Source: Octopus sinensis (Eukaryota). From it: a stretch of 64,000 nucleotides of DNA. Below, in pieces: positions 38,442 to 51,362 of this stretch; the stretch's first letter is position 1, and each line of letters opens with the position of its first letter. The position numbers and the translations under genes are program-made. The notes below the pieces were generated by a model. It did not search any database, had not been told where the DNA came from, and saw only the letters and a list, made by a program, of their open reading frames with translations. The DNA lies in assembly GCF_006345805.1 (NCBI RefSeq), contig NC_043003.1, forward strand, positions 113,088,001-113,152,000, in the 5' to 3' direction.

Positions 38442-41141
38442 CACTGGTCAATGATTTTGGAAAAGTTGTGTGCTTCTTAAACGGGATTAGTTAATTCCTT
38501 TGTATTTTCAAGTCCTGAATGCAAATGTCACCTTGGAAATGCTTATTAGCAACAGGCTTCAAGATACAAGACATGCAATATTTGATTATTGTATTACAAC
38601 ATACAACACGTGTCATTATGTTTAAAGTCCTAGTCCGCATCTACTCCCTGCCTTTTTGCTTGGCGCTTATTGGAGGTTGAAGAATAATCTCTTGCCGATG
38701 CCCAAGCAAACATCGTTTTGCTCCACTTGCCCTTGTGCCGTTTGTCCATGGTTGAAATATCTTGGTGAAGCCCTTCACCATCTCCATTACTAATTGCTCT
38801 ACAGTTCGCTGGAAAAAGGTCTAAATGTGAGTCCAAGACGTGGATTTGACGTGACATGTTACATTCCATGTTCTTGTTAGCCTTGATGAGGTTTTCCACA
38901 AATCCTTTATAATTTCCGTCCCTTCTGTTTCCGAGAAATCCCTTCGCCACAAACTTGAATGCTCCCCAAGCAGCTTTCCCCTACCCATGAAGGGCTGATT
39001 CAAAGTCACCATCTTTAAGAAGCTCTCGAATTTGAGGACCAATGAAGACTCCCTTTTATCTTAGCGTCACTTAGTGGGGAGAATTTTGATGTTAAATATT
39101 TGAATCCCTGACCGGATTTGTCCATAGCTTTTACAAAGTTTTTCATGTGCCCCAGTTTTGTGTCGTGCTGGTAGCAAAATTTTGTTTGGTTCAGTGAGAG
39201 GTGGATGTTGAACGTTTTTCATCCCAGACTACATTGAGTGAAGAGGTAGCCAGTCTCTCCTGATACAGTGGTAACCTCTTGCACAGCTGTCCCAATCACA
39301 CAGAAAGCAGTGTATCCGCCCTGCAAGCTCATCACAAAAGCAACAGCCTTTAAGTCATAACAGAGCTGCCATTGATGTTCACTGTATTTTATGCATTTCA
39401 GCACAAGCGTTATATTCTCATAAGTTTCTTTCATATGAAATGCATAGCCCACAGGAACTGAAGATTCACTATTGACATTATGTAACAAGGCACATTTCAC
39501 TCAAATGTTTCATGAATCTATGAACAGCCTTCAGTGACTGGGTTCGTATTCAATATCTATTTCTTTATGTCCCACAAGGGGCTAAACATAGAGGGGACAA
39601 ACAAAGACAGACAGGGATTAAGTCAATTACATCGATCTCAGCGCGTAACTGGTACTTATTTAATCGACCCTGAAAAGATGAAAGGCAAAGTCGACCACGT
39701 CGGAATTTGAACTCAGAATGTAACGGCAGACGAAATACCTGTTTCTTTACTACCCACAAGGGGCTAAACACAGAGGGGACAAACAAGGACAGACAGACGG
39801 ATTAAGTTGATTATATCGGCCCCAGTGCGCAGCTGGTACTTAATTTATCGACCCCGAAAGGATGAAAGGCAAAGTCGACCTCGGCGGAATTTGAACTCAG
39901 GACGTAACGGCAAACGAAATACCGCTAAGCATTTCGCCCGGCGTCCTAACGATTCTGCCAGCTCGCTGCTCTTTTTATTCAATATCAAGTGCTTCCATCA
40001 GACCATTAATATTGTTGCAGGCCAATAAATCACCTTCCATTATGAAGAAATTGATGAACTGCTGCTGACGGTCATGAAATTTTGAAATCTTCACATCAGC
40101 TATTAGGATATTTCACGGTTGAAGACGAGAGCCTAGCAGCTCTGCCTTATTCTCAGGTAGTTGTAGACCCATGACAAGGTCATGGAATTCCCCTTGTGTT
40201 ATGCGATGTGGTCTATAGAAGTGTGTTTCATCAATATTTGGGATTACTCTGTAAATCCAGCAGTGTCACCTTTCTCTGCTCCCTCCGCATCACTTTCTTC
40301 ACGAAGAATACCGAAATTGGTGCATCAAGAACAGATTGACCATCTCCACGTGAAACTGGGTGAATAGCTAATGGAATGTTTATCTATTCAATGGACTCTT
40401 TTTCTTGTTTGACAAGACCTTTTTTAATGGCACTACCAGGCAGAAATAACAATCGTTGGTATGGTTTGTCGTCTCTTACCACATTATTGACACAACAGAA
40501 AACATTTCTTTCCTCTTCCTGTTCAACCATTGGCGAAGGTTAGTAGCACAAGTGTTGCAGCACATGCGAGGAGCCCACTTCTTATCCTGGTCTCCAATCG
40601 TGCATCCAAAATATAAGTGATTTGCTTTTCTAACCATAGCAGTTATACGGCGCTTCTGTGATGCAGAGGCCACAAATGTAGCAGAAGTTGTCTGTCTTAT
40701 TCACACAAGTGCGAGACATTTCGACAAAGAAAACGAGAAACAATTAGCAGATCAACAGAAAATTCGTTCATAAATTTACAGAGCATCACATCTTAGCAGA
40801 AGTGTTTATATCATTAATTAAAAGATAAAATTAATATAAAATGCCTCACATACATTTCGGTTACTTGCTCAATGAATATTTATTATAAGTTTTAAAAGGG
40901 TTTGACTAGAAAAATCACCTTTCACCTCAGCATATAAACTTGCACAGCACAACCACTGCTGGAACAATACTGAAGGGCAGTGGGACTGCCGTAAGCCTGT
41001 CGGGACTTGTTGTGACACGTATGTGTATCTTGAAAAGTAGAACTAACAAACAGTTTTAACCAAGGTATCCATTATCAGCGACCTAAAATTAGTTGGGAAT
41101 TGCTACTCTGGTCTAAAAAGCATTTTCGTTGTTGACCAGTG
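38442..41141 (-). mobile_element. Full-length Chapaev3-type DNA transposon, decayed transposase, interrupted by a SINE
   Basis: Termini cactggtcaa / ttgaccagtg with flanks tag / taa; minus strand YFGCTIGDQDKKWAPRMCCNTC..NHTNDCYFC (Chapa domain), HMKETYEN, DLKAV..LQGGYT, FLGN, IHVLDSHLDLFP..GEGLHQDI. Confidence 0.85.
39558..39975 (-). mobile_element. SINE family B dimer (head + two body units) with 11-bp TSD
   Basis: Same unit junction (gaaacaggtatttcg on minus strand) as the 29164 trimer; TSD tattcaatatc at 39547-39557 and 39976-39986. Confidence 0.9.
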
Positions 41142-41334
41142 TAATTGATCGAATTCTCAAATATAGAACGTCCGTCCAGATTATGTGGTTCTGAATACGA
41201 AAAAGAAAAAAACCGTTTATATTTAAATAATTTATCTAATATATTTCGATTATGATTTTATAAGTTTTATAAAGTTCTCTTGGGGTTGGCTTGTTTTCAG
41301 TCGTTTACTCTTCAATACGTAATGATTGACGTAA

Positions 41335-41500
41335 AGCGGTCAGTTTGTAAAGTAATTAACACGCCGAGCAAACTGATTTGTGGCACTTCGCCCGTCTTTA
41401 CGTTCTGAGTTCTAATTCCGCCGAGGTCGACTTTGCCTTCCATCCTTTCGATGTCAATGTAATCGACTTACCCGCTCCCTGAAAATTGCTGGCCTTGTGC
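41335..41500 (+). mobile_element. SINE family B remnant
   Basis: cgttctgagttctaattccgccgaggtcgactttgccttccatcctttcg. Confidence 0.75.
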
Positions 41501-43218
41501 CAGGGTTTAGTCTCCATATATTTACAACTAAATGTAACCTTATTAAATATCCTAAGTGAGACTTAGCTGTATGCCTTGCAACAGTTAAACAATATAACAG
41601 ATATTCGAAAACCTGGCAAGAAGTGACAGAATCATTTTGGTTTTACTTCACAGGACTTCTGTTTTCGAGTAACATGCTATAAACCAAAACTTGCATTTCT
41701 CACATGTTGAAATAACGTTGCAATTTCAGTATTCGATTGTAACTCACTTAGTTACTAAATCAGTGAAGTTTCTTCGAATATGTATAAATATCGCAGTTTC
41801 TATTAAGTCTTCGAGCCAAACTGCAGGCGAAGTCTATTACTGATTCAAACATAAATCAATATAACTTTGCGTTTCAGATAGACTCCAGCATGATTCTATG
41901 CCACTTGGCCAGTGTCACTCAAAGGATTAACAGTTACTTTCTAAATGATATAAATTGTCTCTTTAAAGATAAACACAATGGAGTTTAGTCAGGGTAAGGC
42001 CATGCTATAATAGATTAGAGGTGAAAACGAAAAACAGCAATGAAACAGAAGAAAGAAGGAAAAGAAAAAGAACAATGAGGGGAAATGAAAGACAAAAATA
42101 AAAAAACAAATATTAAAAGAAAGAAAACGGAAATGATGGCCGTCTCATTCATTTAAACGTATGAGTGATAAATGATCTGACTAAAGCTATGGCGGTTACA
42201 GATCTATCTTTCGGTTCCCAAGCCACCAGTAGCACGGCCATCATTACCATCAACGGCGTCGATACTATCACCGGCACCACCACCACCACCACCATTCCCA
42301 GTACGACTACCAAAACTATAATTGACAGCTGTAAGCCATCACTACTACAACTATCACAAGCACACCATCATTAGCAGCGGCAACAACAACAGCAACAACA
42401 ACAACGAATAATAAATTTTACTGGTGTTAAGCATAAAAGAATGTTCGATTTAGCGTGCAACGGAAATAGGAATTCTGTTCTGGTTACAGTGTTTTTCTGC
42501 TGCTGCTGCTGAGGTTGCTGACGCTGCTGCTGATATTGATAATGCTAGTAATGTTGCTGATGCTGTTATTGATGTTGCTGGAGGTATGGATGATAACAGT
42601 ATTTTTGCTAAAGTTGTAACTGGTATAAATGATAATAATAAACTCGGTGTCGTCGGCTGATACTTGCCATGGCCGCCTGTGTTGCAGAAGAGGCAGCTCT
42701 TCATTGGCTACAATGCATATATCTGCAATTTGACGGACCTTCCATACATATGTGCTCACATAACACACAAACACATGTGTCTGTTCTTTACATATACACA
42801 CGCGTGTGTGTGTGTGTGTGTGTGTGTGTTAGAATGTATAGGTGTGTGAAACAAGTGAAGAAATCATACTAAATATAAAAGTTCGGTACTGTTAGACAAA
42901 TGAGATTATTTTTTGTCAGTTAAACAACGAAATGTACATTTGCTTCGTTTCTCAAATTAGTATTGAAGCAATGGTTGACTATTAGAAATCCTTCATTCAT
43001 ATCGTATTTGGTGGCGTATAAGAGGCACTGATGGTCGAAGAGAAATGCAAAACGAAACGTGATAACGTAGTTAAGTTTGTTCATTGGAGATTTCGTTAGA
43101 GGTACAGTCTTGAAAGTTCACAGAAATTTTAAAAACATAAACCAGAAGTTATCTCTGAGAATGGTGTGTGTAAGATCGCATTGGATTTTATAATCCAATG
43201 TAACTCCCTAATCGATGC

Positions 43219-43352
43219 TCGCCGAGGTCGACTTTGCATTTCATCCTTTCGGGGTCGATAAATCAAGAACCAATTGCGTCCTCGGATCGATCTAATCGAC
43301 TGGGCCCCCTCCCCCAAAATTTCGGGCCTTGTGCCTGGAGTAGAAAAGAATA
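43219..43352 (+). mobile_element. 5'-truncated SINE family B monomer
   Basis: cgccgaggtcgactttgcatttcatcctttcggggtcgataaat...ggccttgtgcct. Confidence 0.8.
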
Positions 43353-43580
43353 TAGCGGCCATGTCAGTTGGTATATGGTACTATTGACTTAATTGCTTAT
43401 TTAATTAATTTTTATATACAAACATCAAAATTATTCTCAAACTGACATGATTCTCTCCCCTTCTATATGTTTTTTTCAAATACAACTAAATAAAATTGAT
43501 TATGCATAATTGTGTGAGTGTATCAGTATATGCATATGTATTTGTGTATATGCATTTGTATGTATGCATGTATGTGTATG

Positions 43581-43622
<42 letters not shown>

Positions 43623-44050
43623 TCGCGTATTTATATGCCCAGTTTTTGCCTTCTAATAATTCATTTCCACTTAAACAATTCTCCCTGCCCCATCCTTATA
43701 ATAATTTTTACAAATAAAATACTTCCCTTTTCCTTATACTGACGAAGATGTATGCATACACAAATAATTAATTAGGAGTATAGGAAGATACATATTTAAA
43801 CGTGCATGTATGTAGATGTATATCTATCTACACATATGTATGTGTATGAATTGACACATACATGTCTATGTGTATACGCGTATGAACGTATCTGTTTATG
43901 TATATATGCACATGTATACATACGCAGGTTTCTCACATGCACGTGAGTGTGTAGATATACGTATATGTGTGTTTATGCAGGTGTGTGTCTATACATATGC
44001 AAGCATATGTATGTGTGCGTGTATTTATACATACATGTAGTATGTATGAT

Positions 44051-44325
44051 GGCACAAGAATGACTGTGTGGTAGAAAACCTTGCTTCCCAACCACATGGA
44101 TCCGGGTTCAGTCCCACCGCGTAGCACATTGGGCAAGTGTCTTCTATTATAGCCTCAGGCCGACCAAAGCCTTGTGAGTAGATTTGGTAGAGGGAAACTG
44201 AAAGAAGCTCGTCGCAAATATGTGTGTGTGTGTGTGTGTGTGTATTTGTGTGTCGGCGTTTGTTCCCCACCATCGCCTGGCAACCGATGTTAGTGTGTTT
44301 ATGTCCCCGTAACTTAGCGGTTCGG
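44051..44325 (+). mobile_element. SINE family C, 3'-truncated
   Basis: Colinear with 49980-50260, internal (TG)n. Confidence 0.85.
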
Positions 44326-44382
44326 TAAGTGTGTATGCAAGTGTAGGTTTGTGCCGCTGTGTGTATTTGTGCATGTTTAGGC

Positions 44383-44425
<43 letters not shown>

Positions 44426-44996
44426 TTATTATATTCATTGATTATATGATTAAATTTACGCACGCTTGTACACATGCGTATATAAATGTTAATTATTTTC
44501 ATATACACATTCAAACACACCAAAAGCTTACAAAACTAGTAAAAACTAATATACTTTCATTAACCATCGGAATTAATTGACCAACATTGATCTATATCAA
44601 ATTCTGTGTGAATATGTATTAGTGTGTTCGCGCATATATGTATATGTACGTATATACCTATATGCGCGTATGTATTTGTACGTGTCGATATATGTATATG
44701 TGTGAGTACATGCGAGTGTCTGCGTATATATATGAACGTCCGGATACATACACACATATGTATATGTGTATAAGTATACGTGTGTACAAATTTTCATAAC
44801 TTTATCTTATATTTCATAACTTTATTTATACCTTATATTTATGCCTTATATAACTCGGAAGATCCCAGAATATGTTGGTCATACGGAGAGTGAACTCACT
44901 TGGTATTGAAATATACATTACTTACTGATGTATTCATCTCAAAGGTAAACCTATTTCTCATATGTTCATTGCATTGCTCGTGTGTATCTTTATGGT

Positions 44997-45300
44997 GTGG
45001 AGGCACACGGCCTAGCGGTTAGAGCAGCGGACTCACGGTCGAGGGATCGCGGGTTCGAATCTCAGACCGGGCGATGTGTGTGTTTATGAGCGAAACACCT
45101 AAGCTCCACGCGGCTCCGGCAGAAGGTAATGGCGAAACTTCTGCTGACTCTTCCGCCACAACTTTCTCTCACTCTTTCTTCCTGCATCTTGCAACTCACC
45201 TGCGACGGACCGGCGTCCCGTCCTGGTGGGGAACCTATACGCCAAGAAACCGGGAAACCGGCCCTTATGAGCCAGGCATGGCTCGAGAAGGAACAAACAA
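44997..45300 (+). mobile_element. tRNA-derived SINE, family A, full length
   Basis: Near-identical to 9404-9708. Confidence 0.92.
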
Positions 45301-45865
45301 TATAAAATATATATATCTTTAATTTGAGTTTCTGCTGGTTTTGGAGCCTTGGCGCTGATTTTATATACCTTACTGGATTTATATATATTTATATATATAT
45401 ATATCATATATATATAATATATATATATATATATGCGTTCATCTATAAACATATAGGTATTATGCGATAGTACTTGTATGTGTTGTGTGTGTATGTGGTG
45501 TGTTAGTGTGTGTGCGTGTGCCTGTGTGAATCAGTGCATGAAAATGTGAGAGGTAGTTTCTCATTTGTATAGTCATTCCAAATTGTTTCAGATTGGTCTA
45601 TAAATATCTCGAATCAAAATCTCCAATATATTATTTTCCAATCTATAACTAAAGATGCCATTAACATCTTTTGCAAACAAGGTATATGTCTCAATTTATG
45701 AATGTCTGTAGGCGTATAAAAAAACAAAACAGCACCTAAACACACTCACACGCACACTGATGGATGGATGCATACAACAAACATATAGAAAAACAGACAT
45801 GAATATGTGCATATATGTATTTCTGCCCCAACTCACTCCTGCTCCCCTTTCTCTGCATATGTATG

Positions 45866-45905
<40 letters not shown>

Positions 45906-46232
45906 ATATGATATATACCTTTAGAGATAAATAGGCAGATAGACAGACAGACAAACAAATAGATAGATAGACAAACAGACAGACAGGCAGGCAGACAGAT
46001 AGATTGATAGAGAGAGAGAGAGAGAGAAAGAGCGAGATTAATAGACAACCTTACACAAACGTGCGTATATATGTATATTGAAATGTGGTAACGTGAGTCA
46101 TTGTATGTACATATGTTCTTGTGTGCGTGCGTATGTGTGTGTACTTGTGTGCGTGTCGGTGTATGTGTGAATATATGTTCTTTCTAGTTTTTTTATGAAA
46201 TTAAGGGAAAATGGATATTAAATCTTTAAATA

Positions 46233-46588
46233 CTTATTTCTTTAATTGTTTCAGTCATTTGCTGGAGCACCGCCTTCAGTCGAGCAAATCGACCCCAGGA
46301 CATATTCTTTGTAAGCCTAGTACTTATTCTATCGGTCTCTCTTGCCGAACCGCTAAGTTACGAGGACGTAAACACACAAGTATCGGTTGTCAACACACAC
46401 ACATATATATACACACACATATATACGACGGGCTTCTTTCAGTTTCCATCTACCAAATCCACTCACAAGGCTTTGGTCGGCCTGAGGCTATAGTAGAAGA
46501 CACTTGCCCACGGTGCCACACAGTGGGACTGAACCCGGAACCATGTGGCCGGTAAGCAAGCTGCTTACCACACAGCCACACCTACGCC
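46233..46588 (-). mobile_element. SINE family C, near full length with internal deletions
   Basis: Reverse complement of the 49980 element including the ggcggtgctccagc tail. Confidence 0.88.
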
Positions 46589-47929
46589 TATATTAATAAA
46601 TTCATAAGTATATATATTACTGGACCAGTCACATCTGATGATGATTGTAATATAATAGTGGTGGTTAGTGCTCGAAATGGCGGTAGTATTAGCAGGAAGG
46701 TGGTGGTGGTGGTGGTGGTGGTGGTGGTGGTGGTAATAGTCGTCATCGTCGTTGTGATAAATGGTGAATTGTAGTGGTGCGAAGATCGGATGTTGGTGGT
46801 ATCTGGTAGTGATGGTTGGTAGCAGTAATAACGCTGCAATGGCAACGATATCCAGTGATGGTGAAAGGAGTAGCGAGAAGTGGCGCTACTATTTTGCCAA
46901 GGAGTCATGTTGTTGTTTGAGATGACAGTCATAGAAATATTGGTGGTGTGTAGAGCATTGGCATTTGTAAGCCATGTTGTAGGAGTGTTGGTGATGCTTT
47001 ATGTTGTAGTTGTTGATTGTCAACGATACCGTCCATTTTTAAGACGCCATGATGCTTTTTAGATTTGGTTGCTATTTCTAGATTTTGAGACCAAGTGTTG
47101 CCATGTTAGTTTTAGTTCTAACAAACCAATAAATGAAGGCTGTCCAACCATAAATTCTGAAATACTCTGCATTTAATGTTCCAATATGGGTTTATTGGCA
47201 CAAGGCCAGGATAGTGTTCCAATATTGCAGAATAGTGTTCTAATACCTACGGTCCTAGACATTCCAACAATGACTGTCCAGTTTTATTTCAGGCATTGTC
47301 CACTTTCTCTTCTTTAACATGCTTGAATTTAGCTGCTATTTCCAGTAGAAACCATGCCGAAGTAGAGGCTTCCTTGTTGACATGCAGGGATATAGTGTAG
47401 TTGGAGGGAAGTACTTAAAGCTTGCATTCTGAGAATGATTAAAGCTAGGTTTAAGGGAATCGATCATTTGTACGAGAAAAAGTAATGTGATTGGAAGATG
47501 TGAATGTGATATCAACCATGGATGAGGATTTCTTTAGATTTTATGGGTTTGATTGTTTCCAATGTGTAATTAGAGTTTCATATTTTTGTATTGTCTTATG
47601 AAATGCGTCGATACATGTTTTCTGAAGTCTTAATTGTGGACTTTTCATTCGTAGGCTTAAAATGTTCACTGATTGATTTTGCTTATTCGTGTAAGTAATT
47701 TAACTGAGCTTCTTTACGTTACTATATATTTGTTCTGCTTTTTTCATTGGCTTTATGTTTTGTGATGATGATGGATTGGTAGTCAGAAGGCAATCTTGTG
47801 CTTTAGTTTCTTCAACTATTTCAGGGTTAATGCAAAGTTCCCTTGAGAATTTGCAAGCTTCCTTGTTTTAGGGCTTCGCTGACAGTTTTGAACACTTTCC
47901 TATCTATTTGATACTCCACGTCATCATCG

Positions 47930-48942
47930 AAACCCTAAAACATCGTGTGCTGGCTACAATATTAAAGATGCGCCGCTACATTGATTGCACATCGCAGTTC
48001 CAGTAAAACCGATCATTCTGAAACCACCAGAGGCAGTTTTTTAAGGGCTTAGTAGGAAACACAGAAGATAATACACCTCCCGAAGCAGAGGAAACCCGCC
48101 AGTTTTGGAATAACATCTGGGGGCAAGATGTTTCGGACAACCACAGTGGTGAGTCGATTCATTCTGTGAAATCCGAACTCCATCACCCGGCGGAGGTTGC
48201 ACAACAATGGAAGATGCCATTACACAGATATCAAAACTGCCAAACTGGAAAGCAACAGGACCAGACGGAATTCAAGGCTACTGGCTTAAGTGGTTTAGGT
48301 CAATACACAAGAGAATTGCGTTGCAATTAGACAATTGCCTACAGAGTGGTACAGTTCCAGAGTGGATGGTAGAAGGAAGAAAAACGTTGTTAATGAAAGA
48401 TCGGTCAAAGGGCAATGAGGTTGGCAATTACCGACCCATTGCTTGTCTTAACCTCCTACGGAAAGTATTAACAGGTACTCTCGCAGGAAAAATATACGTT
48501 CCTTGCGGAAAACAATCTTCTGCCAGCAGAAAAAAAAGGATGCCGTAGAGGATCCAAAGGCACCAAGGACCACCTTGTGATAGACAATGTTATAATGAAG
48601 AAATGTAAACGGTGCCAAAAAAACTTATGCATGGCCTGGATAGACTTCAAAAAGGCTAACGATATGTTGCCGCATTCGTGGAATTTGGAAACACTCGACA
48701 TATATGGAATAACTGAGAATGTGTGTTCACTGGTTATGAACAGCATGTCTAGTTGGAAAACACATCTTTCCTGTAACAATCAGCAATTTGTCGAGGTAAC
48801 AATCAAAAGTGGTATCTTCAAGGAGATTCTTGTTCATTTCTGTTATTTGTTATAGCCTTAATCCATTTCCTGTAGTCCTACGCAAAATCAACGTGCACTA
48901 TAAGCTGAGAAAGAACGCACTTCGTCTCAACCACCTTCTATT
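47930..48942 (+). mobile_element. R4/Dong-type LINE RT fragment A, decayed
   Basis: KLPNWKATGPDGIQGYWLK, PEWMVEGR, NYRPIACLN, KKGCRRGSKGTKDHLVID, MAWIDFKKANDMLPHSW; breaks at NHLLF just before the MDD motif. Confidence 0.88.
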
Positions 48943-49337
48943 CAGATTTGCTTGTCAGTTGTTTGACCATAACCAGTTGACCAGGTCCCTTAGTGGCTGA
49001 TGATATGTGCATCTCTGATCACAAGCAGAAATAGTGGGGGAGCATCTTAGCCGTGTGATGAAAGAAATTCTTGGGAATTTGGATAATTCACCTTTGGAAA
49101 CATGGGTGCTTCGTTCAACATTCTTAAACAATGCTTATTCAGGGACCTGTTGACCAGAAGAAAGTAATAACTGGGCCCCATCTGCAAGGTCATGCGCTGT
49201 TTATCTTGATATGAGATCACCATGTTGCGCACATATGGTTGTGATGCATGTGCCTGGTGTACCCTTATCAGACGTGTGCTCATGATGGGTATACTGGGCT
49301 TCGTATATTTTACCCCAGTGTCACTTTGATGGCATGC
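48943..49337 (+). mobile_element. Non-coding interspersed repeat family D ending at (TAA)n
   Basis: Colinear with 50979-51362 and with the reverse complement of 56878-57416. Confidence 0.8.
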
Positions 49338-49370
49338 ACTGCACTCTCACTCACTCAATAATAATAGTAA

Positions 49371-49407
<37 letters not shown>

Positions 49408-49434
49408 TAATAATAACATAATAATACTAATAAT

Positions 49435-49533
49435 GAGAAGAAGAAGAAGAGAAGAAGAAGAAGAGAAGAGAAGAAGAAGAAAGAAGAAGAAAAAGAAGAA
49501 GAAGAAGAAGAAGAAGAAGAAGAAGAAGAAGAA
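49435..49533. repeat. (GAA)n microsatellite abutting (TAA)n
   Basis: Direct reading. Confidence 0.95.
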
Positions 49534-49979
49534 AGGATGCATGAAACAAAGTAGCAGTGCAAAAGGTCACGTGTTATTTGAAAAAAATGACAATTAGAAA
49601 ATGTAGGCGCAGATTGATGGGAGTGAATCTAGAATGGCTAGATTACAAAAATGCATATGGTATGGTTCCACACAGTTGGATAAGTAAAACTATGACCATG
49701 TTTGGAACAGCAAAAAAAAAAAAAACATGGATAAAATGCTTAATGAATGTACGAAACATCAGATTACTGAATTGATCCGAGGAAAACAAAAACTTGGCAA
49801 AGTGAACATCGGACGTGGAATATTCCAAGACGATATTTTATTTGCATAAATATTCGTATTGTTCATGACACCGCTCACTATGATATTGCGAAAAGTTAAA
49901 ATTGCTTACGATTTGAGGAAAGGAAATGGTCAGATAAATCATCTTTTCATGGATGATATAAAAATGTATGAGAGAAATA

Positions 49980-50556
49980 GGCGCAGGAGTGGCTGTGTGG
50001 TAAGTAGCTTGCTAACCAACCACATGGTTCCGGGTTCAGTCCCACTGCGTGGCATCTTGAGCAAGTGTCTTCTGCTATAGCCCCGGGCCGACCAATGCCT
50101 TGTGAGTGGATTTGGTAGACGGAAACTGAAAGAAGCCTGTCGTATATATGTATATATATAAGTGTGTGTGTGTATATGTTTGTGTGTCTGTGTTTGTCCC
50201 CCTAGCATTGCTTGACAACCGATGCTGGTGTGTTTACGTCCCCGTTACTTAGCGGTTCGGCAAAAGAGACCGATAGAACATCGATCTGAAAGGTATCAGT
50301 ATATACTGTTCAATCACAGAAATTCCCCATACAATTTGAAGCAACAAGCTTATTCGATAACAACGATATTCTTACACTCTTGAGAGATTCTTGAAACGAA
50401 CAGATGGAAAGCTTGCTGATTTTCAAGAAGTAGAATAAGTACTGGGCTTACAAAGAATAAGTCCCGGGGTCGATTTGCTCGACTAAAGGCGGTGCTCCAG
50501 CATGGCCACAATCAAATGACTGAAACACGTAAAAGAGTAAAAGAGTAAAGAGTAAA
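49980..50556 (+). mobile_element. tRNA-derived SINE family C, full length, carrying a ~155-bp foreign insert (50276-50432)
   Basis: Head ggcgcaggagtggctgtgtggtaag..ggttcagtccc, CORE-like cttgagcaagtgtctt, internal TA/TG repeat, LINE-like tail, (agtaaaag)n end. Confidence 0.9.
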
Positions 50557-50978
50557 TAAGAAACAGCTTGGAAGTCTTGTACATTCAATCCGCATTTTCT
50601 CGAATGACGGAGGTACGCAATTTGGGATAGAAAAATGCACTATTTTGAAAATGAAACGGGGAAGATTTGAAAGAAACCAGGGAGGTGAAATGCCAAATAG
50701 GCAAACAATGAGAGCGGTTGAGAAAGGACAGTGGTGTAAGTACTTGGGAATAATAGTAGCAGACGAAACAAAAACAATTCAGAAATGAAATAAAATTACC
50801 AGTAGAAGGGACACAAGGAAAGCGAGAAAATTATTGCCGCCACTGCTTAATTCCGAAAATCTTATTGAAGCAATAAATTCAAGAGCACTACTCTTAACCA
50901 GATATGGAGTTGGAATTAAAGACTAGCCTAAAAACGATATAGAGAAAGTTAACAGAAAAAACTGGAAAGTAGTTGACT

Positions 50979-51362
50979 ATACGTGCATCTCTAATCACGA
51001 GCATGAGTTGTTGGGAAGCATCATAACTATGTGCTGAGAGGAATTCTTTGGGATTTGAATAATCTACCTCTGGAAAGAAGGGTGTATCATTCATCATCCT
51101 TAAATAACGATTATTTTGGGACATTTAAAGCGAGATGGGCTACTCAACCTCGAGAAAATTCTTGTGCTTTTTATCTTGATATGAGATCACTTGTGCTGTT
51201 TATCTTGATATGAGATCACCATTTCACTCACATATAGTTGTGATGCCTGCGCCTGGGGTACTTTAATCAGTCGGGTAGTCATGATGGGTATATTTGGCTT
51301 CGTACATTTGTATCCCAGTGCCACTTTGATGCCATGCACTGCTCTCTCACTCTATAATAATA
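50979..51362 (+). mobile_element. Repeat family D copy
   Basis: Ends gcactgctctctcactc-tataataata; internal tandem duplication of tttatcttgatatgagatcac. Confidence 0.8.

Noticed and set aside
48990-49045. CTGATGA...GAAA inside repeat D
   Set aside because: No stem III, UH or stem I partner, and GAAA is not kept in the other copies.
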